Origin: Eledone cirrhosa
Taxonomy: Eukaryota
Assembly: GCA_964016885.1 (NCBI GenBank)
Contig: OZ024741.1
Span: 16,244,001-16,308,000 of the forward strand
Direction of reading: 5' to 3'
Length of the DNA: 64,000 nt
Numbering within the stretch: the stretch's first letter is position 1; the number at the start of each line of letters is the position of its first letter. The notes under the pieces are model-generated. The model saw nothing but the letters and a program-made list of their open reading frames with translations, was not told the origin of the DNA and made no database searches. The position numbers and the translations under genes were made by a program. This document shows, piece after piece, positions 1 through 16,044 of this stretch.

Positions 1-770
1 CACCGCCTCTCCTTCGTTTTTGAAGAGGGGAGGCGGCTTGATCGTTACAATAGACTCGGTGGTCAACCGGATCGGTCCCACCCTTGACAGCAGTTGTTCG
101 ACATAGCCCCACAGATCGGCAATGCCCAAGCAGTGTACCAATGCGTGTGCAACGGTTTCCTCGTCGCCCACGCATCTGGGACATATCTTTTTCGAGGGGT
201 CCCTACCCGGGCGCCCGTGTCTGTAGAGCCTTTCTCGAACGGACAGAGCCCCTCGGTAGCACTGCCAGGCCAGGGACCTCTGGAAGTTATCCATGGGTCC
301 CGGGCTGAATGTCCTACCGAACAGGTTGGCCAGTTCGTCTTCCTCCATGCCTAGGGCTTCTCCGAGGGCGTCGTCGCACCTGCTAACCACCAGCCCTCTA
401 TAGAATGACAAGGTGGATTCTCCACTGACAGCCGGGTCCACCTGCCAGAGAGCCGTGAGCGCCTGGGCACACTCGGTGTGCCAGGCGCCCAGTTTTCTCG
501 GTCTTTGCTTGACCCAGGATTGCAGCTCGGTGAGTGAGACGAGTCTGGGAAAGGCTCGCCTCACAAACGGGGCCCACGCCGGTTGACCGGTGAGGAATAC
601 CTGGAGGTGCCGTAGCCTTAATGCGTGTTTACGTATCATTAACCACGGTATCCCCAGCCCTCCTTTCGAATGGTGTTGACAGCAGATGGATCTCCTCACC
701 ATAGGAGCCCGCTTCTTCCAAAGGAACTGGAAGAGTGCGCGCTCCATTTTGGCGAGCGTTTCCCTTGGGC
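1..770 (-). mobile_element. 5'-truncated Tx1/L1-clade LINE copy (ORF2 C-terminal region), runs off the window edge
   Basis: The minus strand reads PRETLAKMERALFQFLWKKRAPMVRRSICCQH..., homologous to but clearly diverged from ORF2 of the adjacent full-length copy. The truncated 5' end abuts the (GATA)n tract at 771-798. Confidence 0.9.
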
Positions 771-798
771 AGATAGATAGATAGATACATAGATAGAT
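771..798. repeat. (GATA)n tract between Tx1 copies 1 and 2
   Basis: agatagatagatagatacatagatagat. Confidence 0.95.
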
Positions 799-1012
799 TT
801 CTTTATTTACCATAAAGGCATAAAAAGAAGGGACAAATACAAAGGGGGAGTTTACATATAATCGAGTAAAAAGGGTGTAACATGAAAATAATCGAAAATA
901 ACCTCAAAAGGGAGGGGACGTGATGGGAGTTGCACACACCCCCGAAAAAGTGTGCAATCCTTTGCCCGGGGAGCACATGGAGAAGGTGCTCCCCTCTCCT
1001 TTACTTCTTTAC

Positions 1013-4000
1013 CTACAGGATGGTATACAGAGAAGGCCCATTTACACGAGCCATTCTCGCCACTATCACCCACCTTTCATAAAACTGCCTGTGGCCAAGC
1101 ACCTCTCTCTCCATTCTTATCCTTCTTCCGAAGTGATATCGGAAGAAGTAGACCAGACTATGGCCAGAGAGGAAGTTGCCTGACCTCAGACCTTTCAATC
1201 GTGTCCACCAAACAACCTCTTTCAACATGGCTATTACGCACAGAAAAACCGCCTTTGCTTCCTTTGTGAAGAGGGGAGGCGGTTTGATTGTCATCACGGA
1301 CTCGGCGGTCAATTTAATCGGCGCCACCCGCGACAGCAGTCGTTCGGCGTAGCCCCACAGATCAGCCACGCCCGGACATTGCACCAATGCGTGCGCAACG
1401 GTTTCTTCGTGATGCACGCATCTAGGGCAAATCTTTTTTGAGGGATCCCTGCCCGGGCGCCCGTGTCTGTAGAGCCTCTCTCGAACGGGTAGGGCCCCCC
1501 GGTAGCACTGCCAGGCCAGTGACTTCTGGAAGTTGTCCATTGGTCCTGGGCCGAAAGTCCTACCGAACAGGCTGGCCAGTTCGTCTTCTTCCATGTCCAG
1601 CGACTCTCCAAGGGTGTCATCGCCCCTGCTAGCCACCAGCCCTCTATAGAATGATGAGGTGGATTCTCCACCGATGGCCTGGCCCGCTTGCCAGAGAGCC
1701 CTGAGCGCCTGAGCACACTCAGTGTGCCAGTCTCCCAGTTTTCCGGATCTTTGCTTGACCCAGGACTGTAGCTCGGTGAGCGAGACGAGTCTCGGAAAGG
1801 CTCGTTTCACGAACGGAGCCCACACCGGTTGACCAGTGAGGAATACCTGTAGGTGCCGTAGCCTTAATGCGTGCCTACGCATCATCAACCACGGCATCCC
1901 CAGCCCTCCTTTCGAAGGTTGTTGGCAGCAGATGGATCTTCTCACCATAGGAGGGCGCTTCTTCCAAAGAAATTGGAAGAGCATGCGTTCCATGGTGGTG
2001 AGTGTTTCCTTAGGGCAAAGCACGACAGTCAGGCGGTAGTAAGTGACGGACGCTATGTAAATGTTCGCCACCTCCGCCCGGCCTTTTAGGGACAGCTTAC
2101 ACTTGGCCCATTTCTGGGTTAGTGCAAACACCTTGTTCGTAACCTCGTTCCAGTTCTTTTCCACCTGGAGGTCCGGTCCAAACCAGACCCCAAGCAACTT
2201 TACCGGGCCCTCCGTCCAGTGTCCGACGACACCGTCAGGAGGCATCGGTCTGCCTCTCCACGTTCCGAGTTGCAGCCCGATGGATTTTTCCCGGTTCAGT
2301 TTCGCTCCTGACAACCTTTCGTACTCCTCCAGTAAGGTACCGATCGCCTCGATCTCCGAGTCGGTCGATACCATTACTGTTACGTCATCGGCGTAGGCCG
2401 ACACCGCTTTGCTCAATCCTGGTTCCAGGGGGATACCCTGCAACAACTCCAACTTCCTCAGTAAAGGCTCGAGAGTCAATACGTACAGAAGGGAGGAGAG
2501 AGGGCACCCCTGTCGAATGGATCGTGTGATTTCGAACGGCTTCGAAAGGTAGCCGTTCACCTTGATCCTAGAACAGATGTGGTTGCTATGTAAGGCAGTT
2601 ATCCAGCCTCTGAAAACAGGACCGAACCCAGCCGCCGCTAGCACCGCATCCAGGTAACCATGGTCGACCCTATCGAACGCCTTAGACTGATCCAAGTTGA
2701 TCAGGGCCCCACCGAAGCCGGGTTTGTTGCCAACCCTCTCTATGATGTATCGCATGAGGTGGAGGTTATCGTGAATGGACCTGGATGGGATAGCACATGT
2801 CTGCGCATCTCCCACCAGGCCACCCACGACAAGCGCCAACCTCTTTGCTAACACCTTGGCCAAAATCTTTAACTCTGTGTTTAGCAGGGTTATGGGCCGA
2901 AAATTATTTATACTATCCCCCTTGTTCTCGTCCTTCCTCACCAGCGTGACTACGCCCTTGGCTACAGAACAAGGAATTCTCCCGTTCTGCTGCCAATTGC
3001 AGTAGACCGCTTCGAGGAGTTCGGAGAAGAAGACCGGCATTGCTAAATAAAGTTCGTAAGGTATACCATCGAGACCTGGAGATTTGCGTCTGCTGCATTG
3101 GCTCAGCGCATCTCCGATCTCATCAGCCGAGATTGGTCCCTCGCAGGACTCTGCCTCTTCGCTCGAGAGACGCGGCAGGCCGTCGAGGTATGGACCGAAA
3201 TCCACGCCCCCGCCCGGACCCTCGCCTCCTCCGAACAATCGGGCAAAGTGCCTTTTGAAAGGCCTCGCACATCTGCTTAGGCTCCCGGATCACCCGTCCA
3301 TCTTCGTCTTGCAACGACCGGATGGTGGATCGATTTCCACTCTTAGCTTCTGTCACGCGGGCCCATCCAACGGCTTTGGCCCCCTCATTACCTAGAGCAC
3401 GTATTTTACTTCGAATGACGCAGCCTTCGTGCTTTGCATCGAAAAACTGGTTCAAGGCCGTCCTCGATGCCAGCACTCTGGTCACATCTTCGCTCTTGAT
3501 TGCCTCTTCTAATTTACCTGTTAATTCTTTCTCGTTTCTATTCCTATCGGCAGCTAACATCTTGCTATAACTTATTGATTCTGTTCTAATCTCTCTTTTG
3601 AGAGATGCCCACCATCGGTTGTTGACGATTGCACCCGTCAACCTCTCCTTAACAAATCTGCTAATCCGGTTTCTGTAAGTCTCTTTTGCCGGTAAAGACA
3701 AATTAAGTTTCCAGTAACCGGGACCCTGTCTATGTGTTTTCTCGAGATTGACCACGCAGGTCACTAATTTGTGTTTCTTGTAGCCAACCGTGCGCATTTC
3801 TGGACAGCTTAATATGTCCCTATCCTTACTTCTAACTAAGAATCTATCTAAGTACGATCTAGATTGACCACTGTGGTTTCTCCAAGTCCAGGTAGGCACA
3901 GTTGGAAAATCTAGTCGATATCTATCGACCAAGTTAAAACGGTCGAGTAACCCCTTGAGGCTGTTACACCCCCCTCTATTAGGACATGCTCCTGCATAGT

Positions 4001-4451
4001 CCCAACGTGCATCCAGGATGTCATTCCAATCCCCCGCTAGAAGCAGGGAACGCGACGTTCCCAGAAAAGTCTCCAAACGCTGGAAGAAGTCGGGCCGTTC
4101 AGCTCCGAAAGGGGAGTAGACGGCGACCAGTCTCAAGGCCGCACTTTCACTACTGCCAACGTCTAGCACCAACAAACGACCCTCCGGGTCCGAGTGCACA
4201 ACCTGTACGGCAAGACCCAGGTGTTTTTGCAGCAGTACGACAACCCCACCCCCACCTCCAGGTTGACAGAGAGATGCATGCACCTCAAAGTCATCGAAGG
4301 TGGGGGCCAGCTGCCGCACGACGCTGATTCGAGTCTCACAGATAACCATTACATTTATACCACGTGACCTGAGGTCATTTAGAAGCTTTGCTTGCTTCCA
4401 AGTTGAGCCCAGGCCACGTGCATTCAAACATCCTACTCTTAACACATCCAT
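1013..4451 (-). CDS. Tx1-type ORF2: apurinic-like endonuclease, reverse transcriptase and C-terminal zinc knuckle; one +1 frameshift at about 3253-3256
   Basis: APE motifs LNARGL, ICETR, VYSP, GDWN, SYLDRF; GPGYWKLN linker; RT motifs KSPGLDG, FRPITLLN, LDQSKAFDRV, RQGCPLS, YADD; C-terminal CPRC..ETVAHALVQC. Removing one base from the T4 run (plus strand 3253-3256) joins ORFs 3123-4451 and 1013-3238 as ...AFQRHFARLFGG..., about 1145 aa in total. Confidence 0.92.
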
Positions 4452-4484
4452 GTGGGCGGCAGAGCCAAAGGAGAGTGTAGAGAC

Positions 4485-6203
4485 CTACCTTTCCGCTTCC
4501 CTGGGTTCGGGTTGCACGACTTCCATGGGGTCGGGGGTGTTGGGTGAAGGGGTGTCTTGTGGTGGTGTGGGGTCGTCAGTGTGTGGTGGGGTTGGGGTGC
4601 TTGGAGTTGTGTTGGGGAGGGGAAGGGGAGGGGGAAAGCTTTTTAGTAGGACGCGGTTTATGGGTTTGACAGAGGGTGGTCCTACGTCCTCCTTAAAATC
4701 CTTTTTTAGTTTTTGGTAGAGGTTTATTGGGATCTTTATTAATTTTAAATGTGGGTAGTTTTCTGACGAAACAAAGTTTACCCCTTCGGTTTGTACCGAA
4801 GGATTATTGTATATGAGTTCATTTAATTTATTATTGTTTCTGTTGATGTAAGTATAGTGTAATGTCTTTTTTTCGGATGGTGTGAGTGTTTCGAAGAGGG
4901 GAGGGGCAGGTTTGGTTTTGTTTGTTGCTGGAGGGGTGTTTCCTGTTTTGTTGGATTGTGTTGAGATTTGGGTGGGGGTTGTTTGGCCTTGTGTGTTTTG
5001 CACATGTTTTCTTTTTTTTCTTTTAATCTGTCTGAAGGACTCCGTTTCTTCCTCCGAATTCGTTGGGTTATCTTCAGTGTTGGGGGGAAGAGGTATGTTT
5101 GCTGGTAATGTTTCCGTGTTGGTTTTCTTTGTGGGGGAGATGGATGTCACTATGTTAGACTGTGTTGTGTGTTGTGTCTGCGGTGGTTGTGTTGTTTTAT
5201 TGAGTGAGAGGTTGGGTGGGCCTGTATTTTGTTTTGGGGTAATGTGTTGTGACTGTTTGTGTTGTGGTGGTGTTGTGGTTTTACTGAGGGACGGGTTGGG
5301 TGGGACTGAGTTTTGTTGTTTGTTTATCTGTTGTGGTGGTGGTGGTGGAGCTGGTGTTGGTAGCAGGGTTTTCTTTTTGTTGAGTTGGGGACAAGCGGCC
5401 TTCAGGTGCCCTCTGCCTGCACAGATATGGCAGGACGGCCTTCTCCCCTCCACGCTAATGTTTATATACCCGTGGTCCTCTAATAGGATTCTGTCGGGTA
5501 TTTGGGCGATGCGTTCAGGTTTCATTTGCACTACCAGCTCTATACCTGTTCCACTGAACGCATTGCCTGTGGTTTTCCCAATGGAAATCACGTTGTCATT
5601 CACTGGATCGATGAAGCCAGCTATGAGCCAGCAGTAGTCCACATCTGGCATCATTGCATCCAGCCATATGCGTTGAGTTCTTTTCCCCATATAAGATGGA
5701 TAAAAGGTGAAATTTTTCGAACGAATCGGTGACAAAGCACATTTTTTTGCCGCCGATTCGTTCTTCATGATAATTGCTAGACTTCCATACAGTCTGTCTT
5801 TTCTTACGAAAGTGGTTTCATTAAGTACTTCTGTGAGTACTGTTTTGATATCTGCTTGAGAAGGCTGTTCAGGTTTTTTTGTACTGTTGTTGATGGTCCG
5901 AAACTTGACCGTTCGGCTTTCAATGTCTTTAGTGAATTCTTGAGGCATTTTTACCGATAAAATACCATTCTCTCCTTCACTTATGTATTGTTTGGCGTCT
6001 GTGATCCTTCGTGCCACATCTGAAATATTTTCCGGTATATAAGTCAAAGATTTCTTTGTTTTCTGTGCAAATGAAATCTTGTCGTCTGCTTTGCTTTCTG
6101 TTATGTTTTCAAATGTTATTTTTGTGTTTGTTGTGTCTTTGTTTGTGTTATTAGTATTGTCATGCAATTTTTCAAATTTTTTTTTTTCGTTGTTGGAATC
6201 CAT
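4485..6203 (-). CDS. Tx1-type ORF1 (gag-like nucleic-acid-binding protein), 572 aa
   Basis: Intact ORF directly upstream of ORF2 with a 33-nt spacer. It has a CX2CX4HX4C knuckle (CHICAGRGHLKAAC), a Pro/Thr/Gln-rich C-terminal half and a basic KRKKRK patch. Confidence 0.88.
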   Translation of the reverse strand: MDSNNEKKKFEKLHDNTNNTNKDTTNTKITFENITESKADDKISFAQKTKKSLTYIPENISDVARRITDAKQYISEGENGILSVKMPQEFTKDIESRTVKFRTINNSTKKPEQPSQADIKTVLTEVLNETTFVRKDRLYGSLAIIMKNESAAKKCALSPIRSKNFTFYPSYMGKRTQRIWLDAMMPDVDYCWLIAGFIDPVNDNVISIGKTTGNAFSGTGIELVVQMKPERIAQIPDRILLEDHGYINISVEGRRPSCHICAGRGHLKAACPQLNKKKTLLPTPAPPPPPQQINKQQNSVPPNPSLSKTTTPPQHKQSQHITPKQNTGPPNLSLNKTTQPPQTQHTTQSNIVTSISPTKKTNTETLPANIPLPPNTEDNPTNSEEETESFRQIKRKKRKHVQNTQGQTTPTQISTQSNKTGNTPPATNKTKPAPPLFETLTPSEKKTLHYTYINRNNNKLNELIYNNPSVQTEGVNFVSSENYPHLKLIKIPINLYQKLKKDFKEDVGPPSVKPINRVLLKSFPPPLPLPNTTPSTPTPPHTDDPTPPQDTPSPNTPDPMEVVQPEPREAER

Positions 6204-6601
6204 GTCCAGATTTGTGTTTTTGTCATTTTTTTTCTCCGCAGATTCGTCTGTTTTTATTTTAATTTTTCCTTCCTTCTCTATGACGTTAGTTGGGAATGAA
6301 GGGGGGACTAAAGCGTGCGAGCTTACAACTCTTACCGCTGTCCCCCACCACTATTTTCGTTCGCTGCGTTTAACATTTCTGTTAGACGATTGAAATTTTT
6401 TACACAAAATTTTTTAAAACAGGTTTTTCACCTCTAGGAGGGGTAAAGATGAGCTGACCCACCGCCTGACAGTTCAGACGGAGGGTCAAGCTACACAATT
6501 GTATCAAAATTAATTTTGAACTCACAAAATTTCCTCAATAAATTTGAACAAAACTTCTGTGCGAAGTGAATGACATCCACACTGTAGAACAGACGACAAC
6601 T

Positions 6602-6606
6602 AGATT

Positions 6607-6660
<54 letters not shown>
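6602..6660. repeat. (GATA)n tract between Tx1 copies 2 and 3
   Basis: About 13 near-perfect GATA units. Confidence 0.95.
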
Positions 6661-6662
<2 letters not shown>

Positions 6663-7651
6663 TATTTCTTTATTAGCCACAGGGGCACAAAAGAAGGGGA
6701 CAAATACAAAGGGGGAAGTTTACATACAATAAAAACGTGTAAAATGTTATCACAGATGGAATTTAAAAGTTAGTCGATTTTCCCCAATAGAGGGAGACAG
6801 TTTATATGGGTAACACAGACCCCCGAAAAAAATGTGCAACCCTCATCTCCAGGAGTACGAAGAGCTTGTACTCCTTTCCTCTCCTCCTCCTTTTCCTCAA
6901 CCTACAGGCTGATATAGAGAGAAGGCCCATTCACTCGGGCCATTCTCGCCACTTTCACCCACCTTTCATAAAACTTGCTGGGGTACAGCACCTCTCTCTC
7001 CATCCTGATTCTTCTTCCAAAGTGGTATTTGAAAAAAAGAATCAGTTGTTGGCCTGAGAGAAAGGTGTCTGACCTCAGCCCTTTCAACCTTGTCCACCAT
7101 ACAACCTCTTTCGCCATAGCTATCACACAAAGGAAAACCGCCTCTCCTTCGTTTTTGAAGGAGGGTGGCGGTTTGATCATGACAATGGACTCGGTGGTCA
7201 ACTGGATTGGTCCCACCCGCGACAATAGTCGTTCTACATAGCCCCACAGGTCAGTGACGCCCGGGCAGTGTATGAATGCGTGCGCGACGGTTTCTTCGTC
7301 TCGCACGCACCTCGGACAGATCTTTTTTGCAGGGTCCCTGCCCGGGCGCCCATGTCTGTAGAGCTTGTCTCGAACTGGTAGAGCTCCTCGGTAGCACTGC
7401 CAGGCCAGGGACTTTTGGAAGTTGTCCATCGGTCCCGGGCGGAAGGTCCTACCGAACAGACTGGCCAGTTCATCTTCCTCCACGCCTAGAGTTTCACCGA
7501 GCGCGTCGTCGCACTTGCTGCGGATCAACCCTCTATAGAATGACGAAGTGGAGTCTCCACTGATCGCTGGGTCCGCCTGCCAGAGGGCTGTGAGCGCCTG
7601 AGCACATTCGATGTGCCAGTCGCCCATTTTCCTCGGTCTCTGCTTGACCCA
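6661..7651 (-). mobile_element. 5'-truncated Tx1/L1-clade LINE copy (ORF2 C-terminus and 3'UTR)
   Basis: ORF remnant WVKQRPRKMGDWHIECAQAL...CPRCVRDEETVAHAFIHC...NGPSLYISL* with the stop at 6902. The 3' end reads AATAAAGAAATAT(ATCT)n, as in copy 2. Confidence 0.92.
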
Positions 7652-7880
7652 TACATATATATACATATCACCCATCTCTCCTCCTATCTCATCCTTCCTC
7701 ATTATACTCCTCCCTCTCCACTTTTTACTCTCATCTCCTCCTCTTTTTCATCCTTTCTAACCCCCCCTCCTCTAAATAAAATATTTTTCCCAATATCACA
7801 CATCAATCTAAAACTACTTCTCATATGTTGATTTAAAACTGCACTATCCACAAGTGTTTTTTAACCTTCATATCATGTCT

Positions 7881-7960
7881 TCCTGTTTTATCTGATGAAA
7901 ACACAAATATTATTGCATGATGATATTTGTTTTTGAAATGCGCATAATAAAATACATGGA
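7881..7960 (+). ncRNA. Minimal type I hammerhead ribozyme (PLE pLTR type)
   Basis: Stem I GTTTTAT/ATAAAAT; CTGATGA 7892-7898; stem II aaacacaaatat/atatttgttttt; GAAA 7935-7938; palindromic stem III TGCGCA; AUA cleavage triplet. (TA)n follows about 30 bp later. Confidence 0.8.
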
Positions 7961-7984
7961 ACTCTTTTAACCATCTTTTGTTCT

Positions 7985-8095
<111 letters not shown>

Positions 8096-8584
8096 ATACA
8101 ATAACAGAGATAGCTTAAAGCTAAACTCCGACCGGTAACCATCTCACTCAACAAACATTAGGTTATATGTTAGTATGAACCCAATTTAAGTGTTTGGGGT
8201 GCTAACTATATGTATTTTGTGGAAAACCAGTTGTATTATTTTATGAGATATAATTAAAGTTAAAATATATCTCTCTTTCCAAACAATTGTTTCATTATAA
8301 GTTTTCTACAAATTGGGAGAATGTTTCCAGATTATGTAGAAGCCTAACATATATTCATGTAAGAATATTTTTAGGTGGGCACTTATAAATCTTCAGTGGA
8401 AGCCCATTAAACTTTGATATAAGAAAAAATTCTTACCGCAGTTAAAAATCGTGTCTGCTAAGCTGCTCCCTCACGCATCGAATGACCGCCAAATTTGAAA
8501 TTCCAGCAGTCTTTTGACTGAGGAAGTATCATAGCGTCACTAAGCGGGAAAGGGAGACAACCACGATTCACGAGAAAAGAAAAT

Positions 8585-8988
8585 AATATACACGTGGGTT
8601 AATTAGTTTTTTCAAAAACATTATCAATCCAACGTGTTAAGAACTCAATTGAAATTTAAAAAAAAATGTATGCGTGTATTAATTACACACGCATATAGAT
8701 ATTTTCTTAGGCTAAAAACAGAAGTGATACCCAAATAACAAGCCGCATCTCATAACTGTAGTAAATACGGGAAGTTACGCTTTAAAAGGCGATTGGGAAT
8801 GTAAATCTCTGGCCAAATTAAGAGTAAAATAGTTAATACACGCGGGTTAATTAGTTATTTCAAAACCATTATCAATTCCACGTGTTAAGAACTCAATTAA
8901 TTTTAAAAAATAAATATATGCATGTAATTATTTACACACGCATATATATATTTTCTTAGGCTAAAAACAGAGAAGTGACAACCAAATA
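8585..8988. repeat. Two diverged direct repeats of about 150 bp (8585-8737 and 8835-8988)
   Basis: atacacgYgggttaattagtt...ttttcttaggctaaaaacag occurs twice. Confidence 0.8.
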
Positions 8989-9041
8989 TATAATGCATGT
9001 ATTAGAAGGCATAAACACTGACATTTTCTTGCAGATGTATA

Positions 9042-9116
9042 TAATTGTTTCTACTTTAGGCACAAGGCCAGCAATTACCCAGTGCATTACTGGTACTTTA
9101 TTTTATCGACCCCGTA
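9042..9116 (-). mobile_element. 5'-truncated Nin-type SINE fragment
   Basis: Essentially identical to the 3' part of the SINE at 17889-18067 (ttgtttctactttaggcacaaggccagc...ttatcgaccccgta). Confidence 0.8.
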
Positions 9117-9134
9117 TAAAATAAAGATATATAT

Positions 9135-13175
<4,041 letters not shown>

Positions 13176-13314
13176 GTACATGAAGACAACGACCTCAGCT
13201 CTGTTAATCAAATCTCGTTGAAATCTCTATTCTATGTCTGTTAAATGAGTTGTTATCTCAACTTGTTTAGCCTATTACGTCATTAGTCGCCATTTTCACG
13301 GCTAGTCTGATACA

Positions 13315-13879
<565 letters not shown>

Positions 13880-14290
13880 TACATATATATTCATTGAACT
13901 CTATTTCACTCTTTACAGCGCATTCTCTGTTCACTTCGCTGGAAATGGTGACGGAGACATTTTCTCAAGCTTCTAAGCGACTGTTGTTGATGATTAAACC
14001 AAGGTGAGGACTTGATAAAGCTAACTTTACCTTTCAGCAACAGCGTTTTAGCTGTGTAAGGAAGGATGACATTTATTTTCATGGATAACTGGCCCGAGCA
14101 CTTGCAGCAGGGTAACATAGCTAAAGAAAGGCAAATGTGAGTATGTACTGGATGATGTACACGAATAATTCTTAATTTAAAAAGAATCTATAGTCCTTTC
14201 CTCTACATTCCTATATAGTCAGATCTGCCTTCCTTTGCCGCCTTTTTCATTATTTATATAATTAATTATGAAAACTTAATAAATTAATCA

Positions 14291-14769
14291 TAATATAATC
14301 GAATATAAAAGAAATATAAACACAGATATAAACATATATGTGTTCAATTTTGGTGAACTAATTTAAATGTCGTGTAAACTTGGCTGCTATTTTTAGTGGT
14401 GTGCGTTTATGAGACACACTAGATTATGATGCCATATGCGTTATTTTATATACGCACACTATTCAGTCTCTTGAGATACTTAGAAGTGAAGGGATTACTA
14501 ATTTTACGGTCACTGATGAGCAAAAGAATTGGTAATTCCCTTCACAATTAAATTGCGAAACAGCCTACCACAAGCTGTCTGGGTGTTCCGGCAGTTGCCC
14601 AATATAGGTTTGTATTTCTTTTCTTGATTTATTATTTTAAATTGAGTGTGGCAAACCATATTGTTAATAGTTAGTATTGTTTTCCCCCTAGCGAATCTGG
14701 TCTCTTACAATTTGAACACATATATGTTTATACTCTGTGTTTATATTTCTTTTATATTCAATTATATTA
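14291..14769. mobile_element. Inverted-repeat-bounded segment (arms about 14291-14347 and 14711-14769), probable PLE pLTR remnant
   Basis: taatataatcgaatataaaagaaatataaacacagatataaacatatatgtgttcaa is matched by its reverse complement with few mismatches. The segment encloses a hammerhead-like motif. Confidence 0.6.
14507..14591 (+). ncRNA. Hammerhead ribozyme candidate (type I, looped stem III)
   Basis: CTGATGA 14513-14519; stem II GCAA/TTGC; GAAA 14557-14560; stem III CAGC/GCTG; GUC triplet ending at 14579. Stem I is weak (tca/tgg, possibly cgg/ccg across an internal loop). Confidence 0.55.
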
Positions 14770-15239
14770 CACGGCTCAGAAAAACCTCTTTCTTTCAGCT
14801 ATTTAATTGTAAGAGACTATTTTGATTTTTAACTCAATATATACCTTTCATAAATTAATCATATATAAATCTGTAACATATATAAACAAAAACCATAAAT
14901 AAAATTCGAAGAATAACGAGAAGAACTCAACGCAAGGAAGCTGTCAAAACTGAGAAATGACGTCAATGACAGCGTCCGTTAAAACTTACCCCAAATGACA
15001 GAAATCGGTGGCTAGAAGTGTGTTTAGCTCGCAGAAGTAATAGGAAGAAAGGAGAAAAGGAAGAAAATAGACGAGAGAAGATCATACAAACATTTATATA
15101 CATCATCAACTCTTACACCAACTGTGGTTTCACACGATTTAACTAAAGAGTACCACGTAAAATAGTCGGCTCCTGCAACAGAAAAATATTTATTTTTCTG
15201 TTGGTATGATTTTCTTCAATTTTTCTTCCACCTTAATAG

Positions 15240-15547
15240 TAACCTCTCTTTCCTTTTCATATTAAAAAATAATTATAATAATCATTTAAATATACCTAGC
15301 GTCTAAACATAACGGTCTTTTTCAGTTTTAACGTTATCCTCATTAGCATATTCATCTCGAGGTTTCAATTTTGTTCACTATTTACATAGAACTCATAACA
15401 TTAAGTTCATATGTAGATATGTCACTATCTGTAAACCAATTTTTGTATTTTATCTGATGAGAGAGTACCAAAATACTGGCACCCTTGAAATATATATAAT
15501 AAAATAAATATGGTTTTATAAAGTTAGTTTCCATTTATTAATATTAT

Positions 15548-15550
<3 letters not shown>
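15240..15550 (+). mobile_element. PLE 3' end/pLTR fragment with hammerhead ribozyme (15446-15506), ending at (TA)n
   Basis: Similar to 19540-19885 (tacctagcgtct...). Hammerhead: TATTTTAT-CTGATGA-gagagtacca..tggcaccctt-GAAA-TATATA-TA-ATAAAATA. Confidence 0.8.
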
Positions 15551-15626
<76 letters not shown>

Positions 15627-15639
15627 GAAGGGATATTCA

Positions 15640-15822
15640 ACGAAAACTTGAACTATCCAAGGAAAACTTGAACCGTTAAGGTATTTTCCTTGGTTATGTC
15701 AAAATTTATAAAATACACTTCGTATTTTATCTGATGAAAGCATACCAAAGTGTTGGTACCCTTGAAATATATATAATAGAATAAATATGGTTTTATAAAT
15801 ATAGTTTCCATTTATTTAATAT

Positions 15823-15828
<6 letters not shown>
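15640..15828 (+). mobile_element. PLE pLTR fragment with hammerhead ribozyme (15723-15783), between (TA)n tracts
   Basis: Same family as 19710-19885. CTGATGA 15731-15737, stem II taccaa/ttggta, GAAA 15764-15767, palindromic TATATA stem III. Confidence 0.82.
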
Positions 15829-15875
<47 letters not shown>

Positions 15876-16044
15876 ATATAGAGAGAAACACACAGATACA
15901 TGCGGACACACATATACATGAATATATCCACATCCATCCTTGAGTTAATGGTGCCAACCTTAACCGATGTTGCTCTATGAAGAACTGGGACAAACCAATC
16001 CGAATGGATTAGACTAAACCAGTATCAGAGCTATATAGTAGATT

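Larger units (their letters stand above)
799..6601 (-). mobile_element. Full-length Tx1/L1-clade non-LTR retrotransposon (5'UTR, ORF1, ORF2, 3'UTR)
   Basis: About 400 bp of 5'UTR, ORF1 with a CCHC knuckle, ORF2 with APE-RT-CCHC, and a 3'UTR ending AATAAAGAA followed by (ATCT)n. (GATA)n lies at both ends. Confidence 0.93.

Noticed and set aside
84-6393. Plus-strand ORFs overlapping the Tx1 elements (for example 4882-5637)
   Set aside because: Antisense shadows of the LINE ORFs with no independent features.
13919-14136. Possible host exon(s) with tctttacag acceptor and gtgagg/gtgagt donors
   Set aside because: Only a short open frame with no recognisable homology; it cannot be supported without RNA-seq.
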